Of a stretch of 64,000 nucleotides of DNA, positions 15,218 to 30,065 are shown in pieces. A program made the translations under genes and the position numbers. Under the pieces are notes generated by a model, which was not told where the DNA came from, made no database searches, and worked only from the letters and a program-made list of their open reading frames with translations. This DNA is from Octopus bimaculoides (Eukaryota): contig NC_068982.1 in the NCBI RefSeq assembly GCF_001194135.2, positions 169,015,887-169,079,886 of the forward strand. The letters are read 5' to 3'. Numbering within the stretch: the stretch's first letter is position 1; each line of letters begins with the position of its first letter.

Positions 15218-16715
15218 AAACAGACATATTTTCTTACTGGTTTCCATCAGCTGGATGCCCTTCCTAATGCCAACCACTATAGTGGGTGCCTTTTATGTGC
15301 CACCAGCACGGGAACCAGTCAGGCTGCACTGGCATCGGTCACGTTCAGATGGTGTTTTTCACATGCCACCGGCACGGAGAGGCAGTCAGGCGGCTCTGGC
15401 AGGGACCCACACATGAATGAATTGTGCTTATCACATGCCACCAGCACTGGTAATGGCCACAACTACAATTTCCATTGGATTCTGATTTGATTTGATTTAC
15501 TTGACTCAATAGATCTTCTCAAGCACAGAATGTCGCCCGATGATTCAAAGGTACTTTTTAAATGGGCTAGTATGGTCATGTTGTGCATGGATGCACACCA
15601 TATCTGATGGTTCTTATGTCCAACATTTCTCCCAGGGCGCTTACACTCTGCCGTATGAACACTGACATTACACACCCAGCGGATCATACTAGCTTCATTT
15701 CTTTCGAGCCTACGTCTTTGGCAGTCATAGCCCATGTTTCACTGCTGTGAAGCATGGCAGTTCGCACACATGCATCCTACAATCTACCTTTCATTCTGAG
15801 CGAGAGGCCCTTTGTTACCAGTAGAGGTAGGAGCTTTCTGAACTTTACCCAGGCTATTCTTATTCTAATGGTAATGCTCTCTGAGCATCCAACCCCCACT
15901 ACAAACTTGGTCACATAGGTAGCGGAAGTTTTCGACTAGTTCTAGTTTCTCCACCTGGCATGTGATGGAATCAGTTTTCTGAGCATCTGTGGTGTTTACT
16001 GCTCCTGTGCATCTGCCGCACACAAAAGCTATCTTACCGTTTAATCTTCTTTTGATGTTGCTGCACCTCTTATGCATCCACAGCTTACACTGGGTACATC
16101 TTGTGGAGTTTCTACCTACACCTTTTCTACAGATCAAGCAGGGTCATCTACTTGAAGGGGTTTGTGATGTGTTCGCCTTCCTACTTACTAGGACTTTGGT
16201 TTTCGCAACATTGACTCAGGCCCTTCGATTCTAAACCTTGCTTCCACACCTGAAATTTCTTCTCTAGTTCTGGCAGTGATTCCACTATGAGAGCAAGGTC
16301 ATCAGCATAGAAGAGCTCCCAGAGGCAGCTAGTCTTGAATTCCTCTGTTATTGCCTGGAGGACTATGATGAATAAGATGGGGCTGAGGGCTGATCCTTAG
16401 CGAACCCCTACTTCTACCAGGAATTCTCCGCTATACACTTTGCCAACCCTTACCTTACTAATGGCATCCCTGTACAAAGCCTGTACAGCTCTTATTAACC
16501 ACTCATCAATCCCCAGTTTCTGCATTGCCCACCACATAAGGGATCGGGGGACCCTGTGAATGGCTTTCTCCAAGTCAACAAAAGCCATACTATTCTGCAG
16601 GACTAGCCTGAGCTTAAGCACTCTATCGCATACCCTGACTACCTCTATGACCTTATCCACCCATTTCTCCTCAAGGAGTATGCTTACACCCCCTACTCCA
16701 TCACCGTTACCTTCC
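15218..16715 (-). mobile_element. Internally deleted, decayed RTE-clade LINE (APE fragment + RT + PHD-like finger + 3' tail)
   Basis: GNGDGVGGVSILLEEKW..DRVLKLRL (APE-like); AFVDLEKA, ELFYADDL (16298-16309) and FRYL (RT); C4HC3 finger; tail shared with 8701-9055. Confidence 0.85.
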
Positions 16716-16771
16716 TAGAAGATTTTATACCTAAGTACCTTATATTTACAACATTAACAAACCAATTATTA

Positions 16772-16960
<189 letters not shown>

Positions 16961-18475
16961 CTAGAAAAAAAATGAATTAATCATGACATTAATACTTTAT
17001 AAAGGAAATCATCCAAGTTATTTAGTGACAACACACTGCCACAAAATGGTACAGCACTTATACACTTAGAATTAACTCTTAAATCTCTGTAATGCTTCCC
17101 AGGAATAAGTCTCCCAAACATGTTAGAATCTAAATATATTTAAAAGATGCAGTTAGTCCACACAAAAAAATCCTAAAAACACAAATATTGCATGAACTTG
17201 AATGAAACCTATGGTGATACAATGTAATGGCTGTTGGTATACACTGAGAACATAGGTTTTACTTAATGTTATTGGTTTTTACCTCTAGTACAGGTAGGTT
17301 CAATACAGATAAGTCGATTATACATTGGTGTTTTCATATATCTTTACAACATATTGATTCCTAGCATCGATTTCCTGTATCAGAGCAAAATGTGTTCAGA
17401 TAGTCTCTGTAACTTGAAAACTGTACAACTCCCATTAGAAAAAACATCTTTTCCATTGATATGAGAGTGTTGCTCTGTTTAGATGCATATCTTGTGATTT
17501 CATCACTCATCCTGACAAAAACATTTTCAGGAAATAGTTGATGACTAACAATTCATCACTTGAGGCATAAAGCACCATGATGCATGAAAATCAAAACAAG
17601 AAAAAAAATTCTAAGTAATCCACACAAAAATACACATTGTGTAAACAATAAGTCTTTTTGACAGGATGTTCTTTCTAGAATATGTCTAAACTTTGTTTCA
17701 CATACTAAAACAAAAAGTATTTGAACTGAAGTTACATGTAGTTCAGAACTTGATATCAGCTGCAGTTGGTAGTGGTACAGAACTTTGAAGAGTTAAGGCA
17801 ATCCAAGAGAAAGCTTCTCAACAAAATGCTAATTACAAGACAGCATTGAAATCTTCCCTTAAACTCATAAATTGTTTTATGTGAGAGTACTATATTAAAG
17901 CCATAATCAATAAAACATGAAACTCTCAATGCAAAAGTAAAATACAGTAAAAAGCTAACTACAACATGCTAGAATTTAGTGATGATATAATAATGAATAT
18001 GTTATTTTAGACTTGTGAGGTTTAATAAAAATAAATTCTAATTATATTCCACTTCTATACAAAACTCATCATGGGCAACTGAGTAAATGAAGATAGTTGA
18101 AAACCTGAGTGCTAGTAATATGCTGATATAACTATTTGAAATCCTAACAATATCCAATATATTCAGTTTTTGCTTTACTTCAATTCTTAGTAAGTCAAAG
18201 CATTCCCACCATTAGTTTGTGCATTGACTCTAAATAGGTGCAGTGGAAGAAAAACAATTCACTGCTACATGATTAATACATAGCTGATGAGTATTTCAAG
18301 AGCAACTCAAGGATGAGCATGTGTCTCATCATCGTTTGCTTTTTTCCTATGCTGACATGGGTTTGATGAAAATTTAGAAGGCAATTTAAGAAAACATTTT
18401 TTGTTTTGTTTTTTTTTACGACTGAAAATTAGCTGTATATCCTAACAAAATATAATAAACTACAAATAAGGATTA

Positions 18476-18730
<255 letters not shown>

Positions 18731-19133
18731 TCACAAACTAGATAAGCAAACATGAAAACAAAAGAGTCACAATTTAATTTCGAGTAACACGCTAGTTAGA
18801 GGTTGGGTGCTTTTATAAATATGGATTATCGCACATCTTTGTTTCATCTGTACAATTATAGAAATTGTACAATCATAGAAATAATCTCAACCACTCAAAA
18901 CGTACATCAAATACAGATGGCAGAGTTGAGAGGGTATCCAAATGTGGGTAAAAAAAACTGACAGGTCATATCCTGTCACCAACACCATTATCAGTAGCCG
19001 ACTGGTTGTAAATAGAGAACAGAAAGCTGCTAACACTTTTCAAGTAATGACAGTAAAGGCAGCTTTTAAATAATTAAAAGAGGCTCATTTTTTTTTATTC
19101 CCAATTCATTCACTTATGTTGTATATACACTTA

Positions 19134-19340
<207 letters not shown>

Positions 19341-22300
19341 TCAAAAAAAAAGAAGTACAACATTAAATTATTCAAAATAGAAAGAAAATACTAAACATCA
19401 AATCATTAAACCTACAACAATTCGATAATTTAAATGCAAAAGAAGGAAACATATTCCATTTCTTTCCAACAAACCTGAAGGTATTTATATACATGGAAAT
19501 TCCAAAGCTATTTTGAAAACTGTCAGATGGTTGAAATCATCATCATTATCATCTGTTGTCCATACTGGCATGGGTTGGACAGTTTGACCAGAGCTGGAAA
19601 GCTGGAGAGATGCACCAGGCTCCAGTCTGATTTGACATAATTTCTCTACAAGATGCTCTTCCTAATGCCAAATACATAATTTCTTTTACCTTTGTATTTT
19701 ACTTCAAACATTTGATTCCTTAGATGGTGTAAAAGTTTACATTGATAGTAATGTACAGCTTTAGGAAACAATAACTCTGAAAGTTATATTCTTTGCTACA
19801 CACTTGTTACCAAGAGAGTTTTTATCTATTATTTTCACTTTACATCAAGAAGTAAACAATCTTAACTAGTAATAATATAACTAGGTTTATTATTAATCTA
19901 TCACTATACAATACAACCACATTAGTAAAGCTTTAAGAAATCTTAAATTGTATTCCATCCTTATTTTCATATCAGAGGAATGTTCATAGGGCAAGACTTG
20001 AACCTACAGTTCTAGTGAATTTAGTAGCTGCATCACTAAACTATGGATTCTAAAAAAACACCTATTAGTAATATGGACACAGACATAGCCGTATGGTTAA
20101 AAAGTTTTCTTCATAACCATGTGGTTCTGGGTTTGATAACAATTCATAGCACTCTGGGCAAGTGTCTTCTACAAATACAAAGCCACAATTTGATTCATGC
20201 TTTGAGTGAAATGTGGTAAACAGAAATAGAATGGACACACAAATCCACATAAATGTGCATATGTTTGTTTATGCTACTTCAAAATTATTAGTGAAGTTGG
20301 CATGTCCCAGCATGGAAGCTATCTAGTAACTGGTAATAGACATACAAGAATATATATACCATATTTAAATGAAAACATATTAAATATTTTTATTACAATT
20401 GTAACAATTACCTTATTATCTTTATAAATTGTGCTTGCCATGAAAGAATCTTTAGTTACACTTTAACTGCTGACTAGCCCATACACACACACACAAACAA
20501 TATATGATTGCCACTTCTTTACAGAAGAAGGCCATCTCTTCAATTAATAAATACTGTAATGAGATCTTATATGACTAGCAAGTCCTGCTCTTAACAAACA
20601 AATTTTACAGCAGATTTTACAAATGTCGACTTTGCATTAAAGCGTTTAACATCAAAGCCCTTACCTGTGGTTCTGAAGTTAATATCGACAAACTATATAT
20701 ATAAATATATACACACACACACACACATTATATATACGCACATGCTGGCATACATTTTAGCATTGTTTCTGTTCTCATAGTGAAATTAAGCTTTCCTGGA
20801 GTCAATGGTATCAACTAAATCCCTACCCTCAAAATTACTGGCTTTGTGCCAAAATCAGAAACATTTTATATCTATCCTGAGATACACACTTCAATTACAT
20901 TTGGTGGGAGGGGGGAGAATAACTAAACTCCCAAACTTTGCAACATCTTTATATTCTTCCTTCTCCCCGATTCCACTTCTTGTTTAGATCTTGTTCTTGC
21001 ATGTATAACTCCCAATCAGGTTCTCATTTCTTAGAATCCTGTCTTACTCCCCCTCTATTTTTCTCATATTTTCTCCCTCCATCTTTTTATTGATTCCACC
21101 ATTTCTACANNNNNNNNNNNNNNNNNNNNNNNNNNNNNATTTGAGTTACTTCCCTTAGCATTATGCAAAAGGTAGGTAGGCACTTCAGCAGCCACCTAAA
21201 AATAGCACAGTTAAAAATCTATACAGATTTTTATATTCTATTTCAAGATAGCAAGTTGGGAAAAAATTTAGATATTAAGTTCAATTCATAACTACATAGT
21301 TTCAGGTTCAATTTCACTGCATGGCAATCTCTTCCACTAGTCCCGGGTTGACCTATACTTTGTAAGTGAATTTGGTACATAGAAACTGTGCGTCTATCAT
21401 GCATGTGTGTGTGTATTTTTTTTTTTTTTCAGCATTTGTTTTGTTTACATGCCGATAGCTTAGGGGTTTAGTAGAACAAGTAAAAGACTTAAAAAATAAG
21501 TACTGGGATTGATTTGTTTCACCAAGTCCTTCAAAGAAATGCCCCAGAATGACAGTAGTAAAAAAGTAAGTTATGAAAAACTGAAATAATCATTTTATAA
21601 GTAAATATATTTTTCATAATGTTGAGCTTTCAACTATGAAGTTAAGTAGCATATCCTGTCAGCTAAGAAGATTGGCACAATAAATAATAATGTATCTTGT
21701 TTGATGGTACACAACATATTACAAGGGTTGAACTCATTTTGAATAATCCAATATCTAACAAACACTGTCTCTTAAAATTGCATGCTAATATTTCCACCTC
21801 AAATGTAACTAGTACTATAGAGAACAGTTGTTCCATGCTCCTAGAAAATTGAATCAACTGTGAAGGGAATCGACAATGAGGCACCAATAATGGTTGTAAT
21901 GAGATTTGAAATCTTTCTCATGCAATCAGTTGTCTACCACCATGACTTTATAAACAGAGCCTTGTTTAGTTATTGTCAGCCCTGACAGATCAAACCCGTT
22001 CCAGCTATGACCAGCCATCCTCTTAGGTGGTGTGTTTCCAGGACGACATTATCCAATGCATTCTTCCTTTCAGACAATACAGTGGAGCTTGAAGGACATT
22101 TGACTGTTAAAATCTAGGTCAAACCATCATAAAGAAGCTCCCTTTTTTTATTTCTAAATGAGATATATTAATGAAAAAAAATGTACTATTTCTTTTGGTA
22201 TTAAGTCAGTGCTAGTTTGTTTGTTTTTTTGTTTTCTTTCTTTTTTTTACAAGATTTATATTTTTGACATTAAAACTTGGACAATGGTTTCAAATTTCGG

Positions 22301-22547
22301 CATAAGATCAACAATTTTGAGAGGAAAAGGTTAGTCAATATCATCAACCCTACTACTTGACTGGTACTTAATTTTATTGACCCCAGAGGAATGAAAAGCA
22401 AAGTTAACCCCGGTGAAATCTGAGCTGAGAACACGAGTTGGAAGAAATACTAGGCAATTCGTACAATGTTTTATCAACCCTCTCAGATAATAATACCATC
22501 ACGTTTAACATCTGCCTGAAAATAAAATTATGAGTTTCGGAGATTTA

Positions 22548-22727
<180 letters not shown>

Positions 22728-23519
22728 TTATAATTTTCACTAATTTTATCAAATATACAGTTCACTATCAAGTCAGAAAACATTTCAGTTCTTCTGAAAG
22801 ACTTCACACCCTTCAAATCACCCAAATGGAAATTTCTACATATCTCAACACCCTTTATTCATGGAAATCCAAATGTCTTACACCGAAATATCCTTTCTCA
22901 CACGTTTTTCCTTTTTTGACAAACTCTTCATTATTCAACGCGTTTTTAACTTATTTCCATGCCCCAACAACTCCAATTTAATATTCTATCTGAGTCAATC
23001 TTCCACGTAACTTCTATTCTGAATAAACCAGTTGTGATGACAGTAGTAGTTTAACAAAAGATGTAATTAAAAGTTAACTTCTTTAAGCAGTAACAAAATT
23101 TCGGTTTTCTAATAATAGCTTCTAAAAATCGAACACTAAATTCATTTTCTTTGTGCCAAACATATACTTAACCCTTTTAACTGTGGAAATCAGATGTATC
23201 CACTCAAAATTTCATTACCCTTAACTGCGAAAAACAGTTTTTGTTGAGGAATGTTACAATCAAAACTACTTATTGAAGATTATTGTGTTGAAACTACTGT
23301 CTGTTGAGATATGTCAAGTTTATTGGGGCAGTGAACTTGCAGAAAATACATTATTATATTTTTTAATAGATATTCAACACCATAACTGGAATAACCATGA
23401 CATTTAATTTCACAGTTAAAGAGTTGAACATTTACAATTGTTCTTGATAAATCTTTACTGCCTCTCATTATTACACATTGAATGTAAAGCACAAAGACAT
23501 TAAAGAGTTAAAACATTAC

Positions 23520-23647
23520 CTGTAAATGGATTTAGCTGTATCTGTGGTTTGGGGATATTGAACTGTTCGAAGATCGAAATCTTCTTTTCGGGTTTCCTGC
23601 CTTCCTTCATGTGGTCTTTGTCACTTTCTCTATGTCTATCTTCATCC
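23520..23647 (-). CDS. DHX15: DHX15 coding exon 2 (charged N-terminus)
   Basis: tttttcag acceptor, ACAG|gtaatg donor; DEDRHRESDKDHMKEGRK...QIQLNPFT; 128 nt, phases match exons 1 and 3. Confidence 0.9.
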
Positions 23648-23713
23648 CTGAAAAAGTTTTAAAATCATTTAGCTAATTACTGTTTATTGAACCAAGAATT
23701 TCCCAGTTATATA

Positions 23714-24955
23714 TCAGGTTGGTGCCAAGGTAATGGCCAGTTTTTTAGAAAACAGTTTTAGATAGTATTTTTTTTAAATTGTACCTCTTGCAATGTTTTA
23801 AGAATGTCACAATGAGTAATTTATACATTTTTCTTTCAGATTCTGATTGTATTGGCCATAATCTTCTGCTATATTCACATCCACATTCGTCCCATCTAAA
23901 CATCATATTAACGTCTCTCACTCTATGAGTTTCATAAAGGTGTCAATGAAAGCACAGACGGCAGCAAAGTCTCTTCAGAGAGATTATAGGGATGATGTAG
24001 TGAGAGAAAGAAGTTGCAATTCAGAAGAGGGGGATTTGAGTTTGAAAGACGAGCCAAAAGAAGGTCATTCATAACAACTTGATTCCGAAGAGTTGGAAGC
24101 TGTTGTCACAGAAACTCCAACTGCTATTTGTAGAGAACTTACAAAACAGTTTAACATAGCCCATACAACTGTTCTACGCCAACTGAAAAGGATTGGAATG
24201 ATTTCAGTGGTTGGAAAATGAGTCCTGCACAAACTGTCTCCAGAGAATCTGCAACCGCATGTTATTTGTCAGTCATTGCTTTCACAACACCTTAAGGGAC
24301 CATTTTTAAGAAGACTTTGTACAGGTGATGAGAAGTGGATCCTATACCATAATGTTAAATGCCACCAATTGTGGATCAGTAGAGGAGGAAACCCTGTTCA
24401 ATAACCAAGAAGAGGACTTCATCCAAGGAAGACCATATTGAGTGTATGGTGGGATATTGAAGGATTTGACCATTATGGACTGTTAGACAACAATCAAACA
24501 ATTACTGCTAAGCTCTACGGTAATCAACTTCATTTGAAAGCAGCTTTAAACAGAAAGCGACCCTGCTTAGTCAACAGAAAGGATATTATCTTCCACTATG
24601 ATAATGTTCGTCCTCACATAGCTCAACTGACCAAAGATCCTTTGGAAGAGCTTGGTTGGGAAATATTGCTTCATCCTCCATATTCTCCAGACCTTGCTCC
24701 TTCTAATTATCACTTGTTTCAGGGACTACAGAACCATTTGAATGGTCTTAGATTAACATCAAGAAAAGAGGTTGAAAATGAACTGGATTCATATTTCGCA
24801 TCAAAACCTAAACAATTTTACAAGCATGGCATTTATGGAACAAAGTTCTGGAAAGCAATGGAAATTATGTTAACGAATGAATATTGTCTTAATCATGGGC
24901 TTTTACATTTTTAATAGAGACCATAAAATCAGCCGTCACCTTTGCACCAAACTAA
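23714..24955 (+). mobile_element. Full-length decayed mariner element (~1.24 kb)
   Basis: Degenerate TIRs (tcaggttggtgccaagg / cctttgcaccaaactaa) each flanked by TA; TGDEKW, HYDNVRPH, HPPYSPDLAPSN motifs; stops and frameshifts. Confidence 0.9.
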
Positions 24956-25031
24956 TAGTAATGGTTAAGATGAATAGTTTGTTTAAAATTTATTGGGAAT
25001 ATACAAAATACAAAGAAAAGGAAATATCAAT

Positions 25032-25069
<38 letters not shown>

Positions 25070-27189
25070 GTTAAAGCATTAGGAAGGGCATCTAACCATA
25101 GAAACCATACCAAAACAGACACGGAGACTGAACAGCCCTTCAGCTGGTCAACACCTGTCAAACTGCCCAATCCATCCCAGTATGGAAAACAGACATTAAA
25201 TGACATTATCAAAAAAGGATACTAATTAAAATAATTTGCTACAAATTTAGACTTTGTTATATAAATTTTTAAAGAAAGTATATTTTTATATATTGTATGA
25301 CCAAATATTTGTCTCAAAACATTCTATATTTTAAATATGCAAAAATTTTATATGGTCAAATGTTTGTTAATCTACATTCATAAGGTATAGACTCAGTTGG
25401 TAGCTAACCTTTTAAATAAGTGTAGATAAACCACATATGGCTAATGCAGAGACAGTGGAAACATTTCTGGAAAGTGTTACCAAGGAATTTTTCAGTAATA
25501 GATTTAATGAACTCATTATACAGTATGTTCTCAATGCTAGTTTTTCTAGTTAGTCTATCACTTCTCTTTTTCCCCAGGAATGTTGCTATGACAAAGACTC
25601 CAACAAAACATTACCCGAAGATAGGAAATAATTTTGTTTCTCATAGAATGTAACCAACGTTATTTAGTTTGAAGTGATAATGTAGTTCAAGATAAAAGAT
25701 GCATTTAAGATATGGTGGGGGGGGAGACACATAACTCTTCCTGGTGCAAACAGCTGACTGACAGATTTCATTTTAACTTGGAAACGATCAACTGTAAAGA
25801 CAGTTGATCCAGTAACTCATGAAAATTTGAATTAGTAAACTACTCTAACAAGGTTTACTTAAGAAAATGGATGAGAAATAGAACTAAATAAATTTTTAAA
25901 AATCCAAGAAGGAAAATTATTATATTGATGAGGAAGATAGGAAGGGTGCCAATAATTCATATTTATCAAGGCTAGACAGGTTATGTTTATATGAATATTT
26001 ACAAGTTACTGAAGTATTCATGACTACTCTGTCTACTTTATCACATAATAGAACAGATAGTTGCTATGAAGTAGAAAGTAGTCAGCCCTGATAGAAAAGT
26101 CATGATGTCACATAAATAAAATGATGCCTAACTAGGACAGAAATGTTAAGATCAGTATTTTATTGAATTGTTAACTATCTAAACACACAGGCATGACAGT
26201 GTGGTTAAGAAGTTCACAACCATATGGTTCAAGGTTTGGTCCCACTACACAGCACCTTAGTGTCTTCTACTGGAGCCTTTGACTGACAAATACTTTGTAA
26301 GTAGGATTTGTTACCAAGCTATGCAAAAGCCTATAATGTGTGTCCTTCTATATCTCAAAACTTAGTAGTTCAACAGTTATCATTAAAATAAGAATGAGAT
26401 TGAAATAAGTACTGGGGTCTATGCCATCAACTAAACCCTCAAAGGCAGTGCTCCAATCCAATGACTACAACAAATTAAAATTTCTAACATAAGCACAAAT
26501 AGAAGAGGCTATTTGATAATTTATCAAACTTGAAAAAAAGGCTAAGATGACCTGTGTGATTTGACTTCAAATGTAAAGAACATAGTAAATACTGCAAAGT
26601 GAACAGAGTTACAATAATTGCACTATATTTTAGGATTTATGAATGAAGACAAAAATATTTCTAAGAGTGGTATGGAATGGTAAGAAGTAATATAACACAA
26701 CTGAGAAGAAAGGGGTGTTTAGTGGAGGAAGGACATTACATTGGAAAGAAAGGCATATGTTTTTTCAGTTAAATGCACATGAGAATAAATTACTGAGCCT
26801 TGCATCAGGTTCTGACGCAAAATGATCACGACACATACATATCACTAAGTTCATTCAAGATGATGAACTACAGACCATAATATGGTCAACAGCTTAAAGT
26901 TTGTTAAAGAAACAATATTATGTTACAAGACAAGAAAGAAAAAACATAACTCAGTATGCTGCAGTCCTTGAATCCACAAGGCAATGCAAGAACACCCAGC
27001 TGTATATGTCCTTTCTTCAGGGTATAAATCTTTTGCCCATTTCAGTCATTAGACTACAGCCATGCTGGGGCACCACCTTGAAGGATTTAATCAAACAAAT
27101 CAGCACCAAACTATCGGTCTCTTTTGCCAAATTTTTCAATTATGAAGACACAAACCAACACCAGTTGTTGGGGGGGGGGGGGACACAAA

Positions 27190-27340
27190 CACAAACAGCC
27201 ATTATGACAGGCTTCTACATTCCACAGTTTCCATCTGCCAAATTCATTTGCAAAACATTGTTCAACTCTGAGCTAATAGCAACAGACACTTGCCCAAGGT
27301 GCTGTGCAATGTGACTGAACCTGAAACCACATAGTTGTAA
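27190..27340 (-). mobile_element. CORE-like SINE fragment, head-to-head with the next copy
   Basis: Reverse complement contains tggtttcaggttcagtc...ccttgggcaagtgtct...gatggaaactg. Confidence 0.7.
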
Positions 27341-27355
27341 ATAGGTACAATGTAA

Positions 27356-27710
27356 ATGTGGAGTGGCTGTGTGGTAAGTAGCCTGCTTACCAACCGCATG
27401 GTTCCAGGTTCAGTCCCGTTGCATGGTACCTTGGGCAACTGTCTTCTACTATAGCCTCAGGCCAACCAAAGCCTTAAGTGGATTTGGTAGACAGAAACTG
27501 AAAGCAGCCCACTGTATATATATGTATGTGTGTGAGTATATGTTTATGTGTCTGTGTTTGTCCCCCCACAACATCGCTTGACAACCGGTTCGGCAAAAGA
27601 GGCTGATGGAATAAGTACTAGCTTACAAAGAATAAGTCCTGGGGTAAACTTGCTCAACTAAAGGCGGTGCTCCAGCATGGCTGCAGTCAAAAGAATGAAA
27701 GAATATATTA
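27356..27710 (+). mobile_element. Near full-length tRNA-derived CORE-like SINE (resembles octopod SINEs)
   Basis: tggctgtgtggtaag A-box-like head, ggttcagtccc B-box-like motif, ccttgggcaa core, internal (AT/GT)n, gctccagcatggc tail; relatives near 20085, 21270, 26190, 55660, 56640, 62090. Confidence 0.85.
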
Positions 27711-29880
27711 TTTACAATATATGTAACACGAGTAGTGGTTTCACACATTTAGTAAAGTCAAACCAAATTTGAAACCCTCTCAAGCCAATGTTATCTCTAA
27801 TTCTTTTGAGGTGAATAAAATAAAGTACCAGTAATCTACTGTGGTAGATTCTACTGACCATGCTCTCTCCAAAAATGTGTAGCCTGTGCCAATGTAAAGA
27901 TAGAAATCAATATTAAGTTTATATCATTATATAGCCCACCCAAAATGAAATATGGAAATAAAATAAATAAGTCTAAATTTTATTGCTGGCTGCATTAGAA
28001 GTAGAAAGAAAACTGGTAGATTATGGGGGGAAAAAGCACCACTTCAAAAATACAGGCATAAAGTGCAGAGTCACATGGAAACCCAGCAATTACTAGATCC
28101 TTCAATGTAGCTAGCCATAATGGCTTGGTAATACAATTATTGTATTAATATTTTATTACCAAAAGGAAAACATGAGAAAAATTAACAGTTTCATGGTGTT
28201 AATCAGGAGGCTATACCAACATTTTGGCAATGTTTCGGCAAAATGTGTTTGGTTGGATTCCAAACAAATTCTGTTCTCTTCATTACAACATAAGTTTTTT
28301 TTTCTTTTACATAAAGAAATAATATATATATATATATATATAAACAACATAACACACACTTTTAGGTCACATTTAAAGAATTGTTGTTTAGTCCTAGGTC
28401 AGCCCTAATCATGGAGATCTATTATCAAAGCCACAACAAACCATGATCATGTCTTTTCTGAGAACAGATCAGACTAGATTAGCCAATACGTTTTTGACTT
28501 TTTTTTTTAAGGCTTTAGGAAAAGATAAGATTTGACTTATTTCTAGCAGATCGTACAATTTTAGATTGGCTCCACATTTGATTTGATAAAATATAGCTAT
28601 ACAAGTAGCTAGAAGTAAAATAGCCAATTAGATATGCCCGGATGTGCATGCTGACAAAAGATTTAACCTTCAGCATTCGGATCACTGTACCAAATATTTA
28701 TCCACATTGTTTTGAATTAATCTTGCATTATATTGTATCTTCAAGTTTTCAATTCTGTGATTATTTTAAGAATTGCATTACAGGCTAAGTGTGAGGGGCC
28801 AGATCTGACCAGTTTGAACATAAAATGGACAGAGTATTTGGGCCAAATATGGTCTGTTTAAATGCTAAAGGATCGACTTGAAAACCTCATCACACCCAGC
28901 TGTCTTACCATCACCAACCTTCACCCGTTTCCAAGCAAGGTAATAATTCCTTTGGGTGGACATATTTTCACAGAAGATTATAAATGAACACTACCACTTG
29001 TATGATGGCAATGCTCATTTTTACACCTCAGATCAAGAAAAGGAGAAAGGGACAGAAACTACACACACAATGGGCTTCTTTCAGCTTTTATCTAGCAAAT
29101 CTACTCTCAAGGTTTTGGTCAACTTAGATGAACTAAAAACCACAAGGTTGTAAATGAAACTTTTTAACCACACAGTCAAAACTGTGCAAACAGTGTATTG
29201 GGTGAAATGTTTTAAGTTGATGTTATCAATAAAGTTTAATCATGTTCTTCCACAACTCTGTGTGTGTGTGTATGTGCAATGTAAATATTTACCAAGCCCA
29301 AAGGGATTTTTAAGAGGATGTACTTAACTTCAATTTCTAAACAACATGAACAATAAATATTTTCCCCAAAATGAACAATTATTATTGACAAGCTGAATAT
29401 TATGTTCTGCACAGTTACACAAAGCAACCACAGTGACTAACTCTCAAGTCTTATTTTTTGGACAATTTTAACCATTCAGCCATCTATCACTGCTTTTAGT
29501 AGTACCACTCTATCCCTAACTTTTTACATGTCTGCAAACATAATTGACAAATACTAATGTGTCGTAATTGCACACATCAGTAAACTAAAGAGCATTCCTC
29601 GGTGGAAAAGAATTCTACATCTACAAACTAGTTTAATATCACAAAAGTCAGTTATAAATCAATCTCTGCTTAAAAACCAGTTAATACCTTTCAAATATAC
29701 TTGGTTCCTTGCCTAAACACTGAATTTACACTTAATTTAGTAGTTTAACTTCAGTTTGTTTTAACCAATAATTTTTACTGTAATGGAGAACAATTAGTAA
29801 CCAAAATAGACATTCCTGGAAACATTTTAACTGTAGCGCTGAGATTAAATTACACAAAAGATATCCATGAAGCTCAATTA

Positions 29881-30065
29881 CCCTTTGGCATTTAAACCAA
29901 CCATATATGGCTCAAAATATTCTACCTGTTATATGTTTAAACCAGCCAGATCTGGCCTCTCGCACCTACCTGAAATATCGAAGCTACAAGATAATGCATG
30001 ATTAATTAAAAACAATGTGAATAAATGAGTATTACACTTGACAAAGCTATCTGAATGCTAAAGAG
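29881..30065. mobile_element. Degenerate copy of the piggyBac-like MITE at 58095
   Basis: ccctttggcatttaaacc...gctaaagagttaa with matching internal sequence. Confidence 0.6.
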
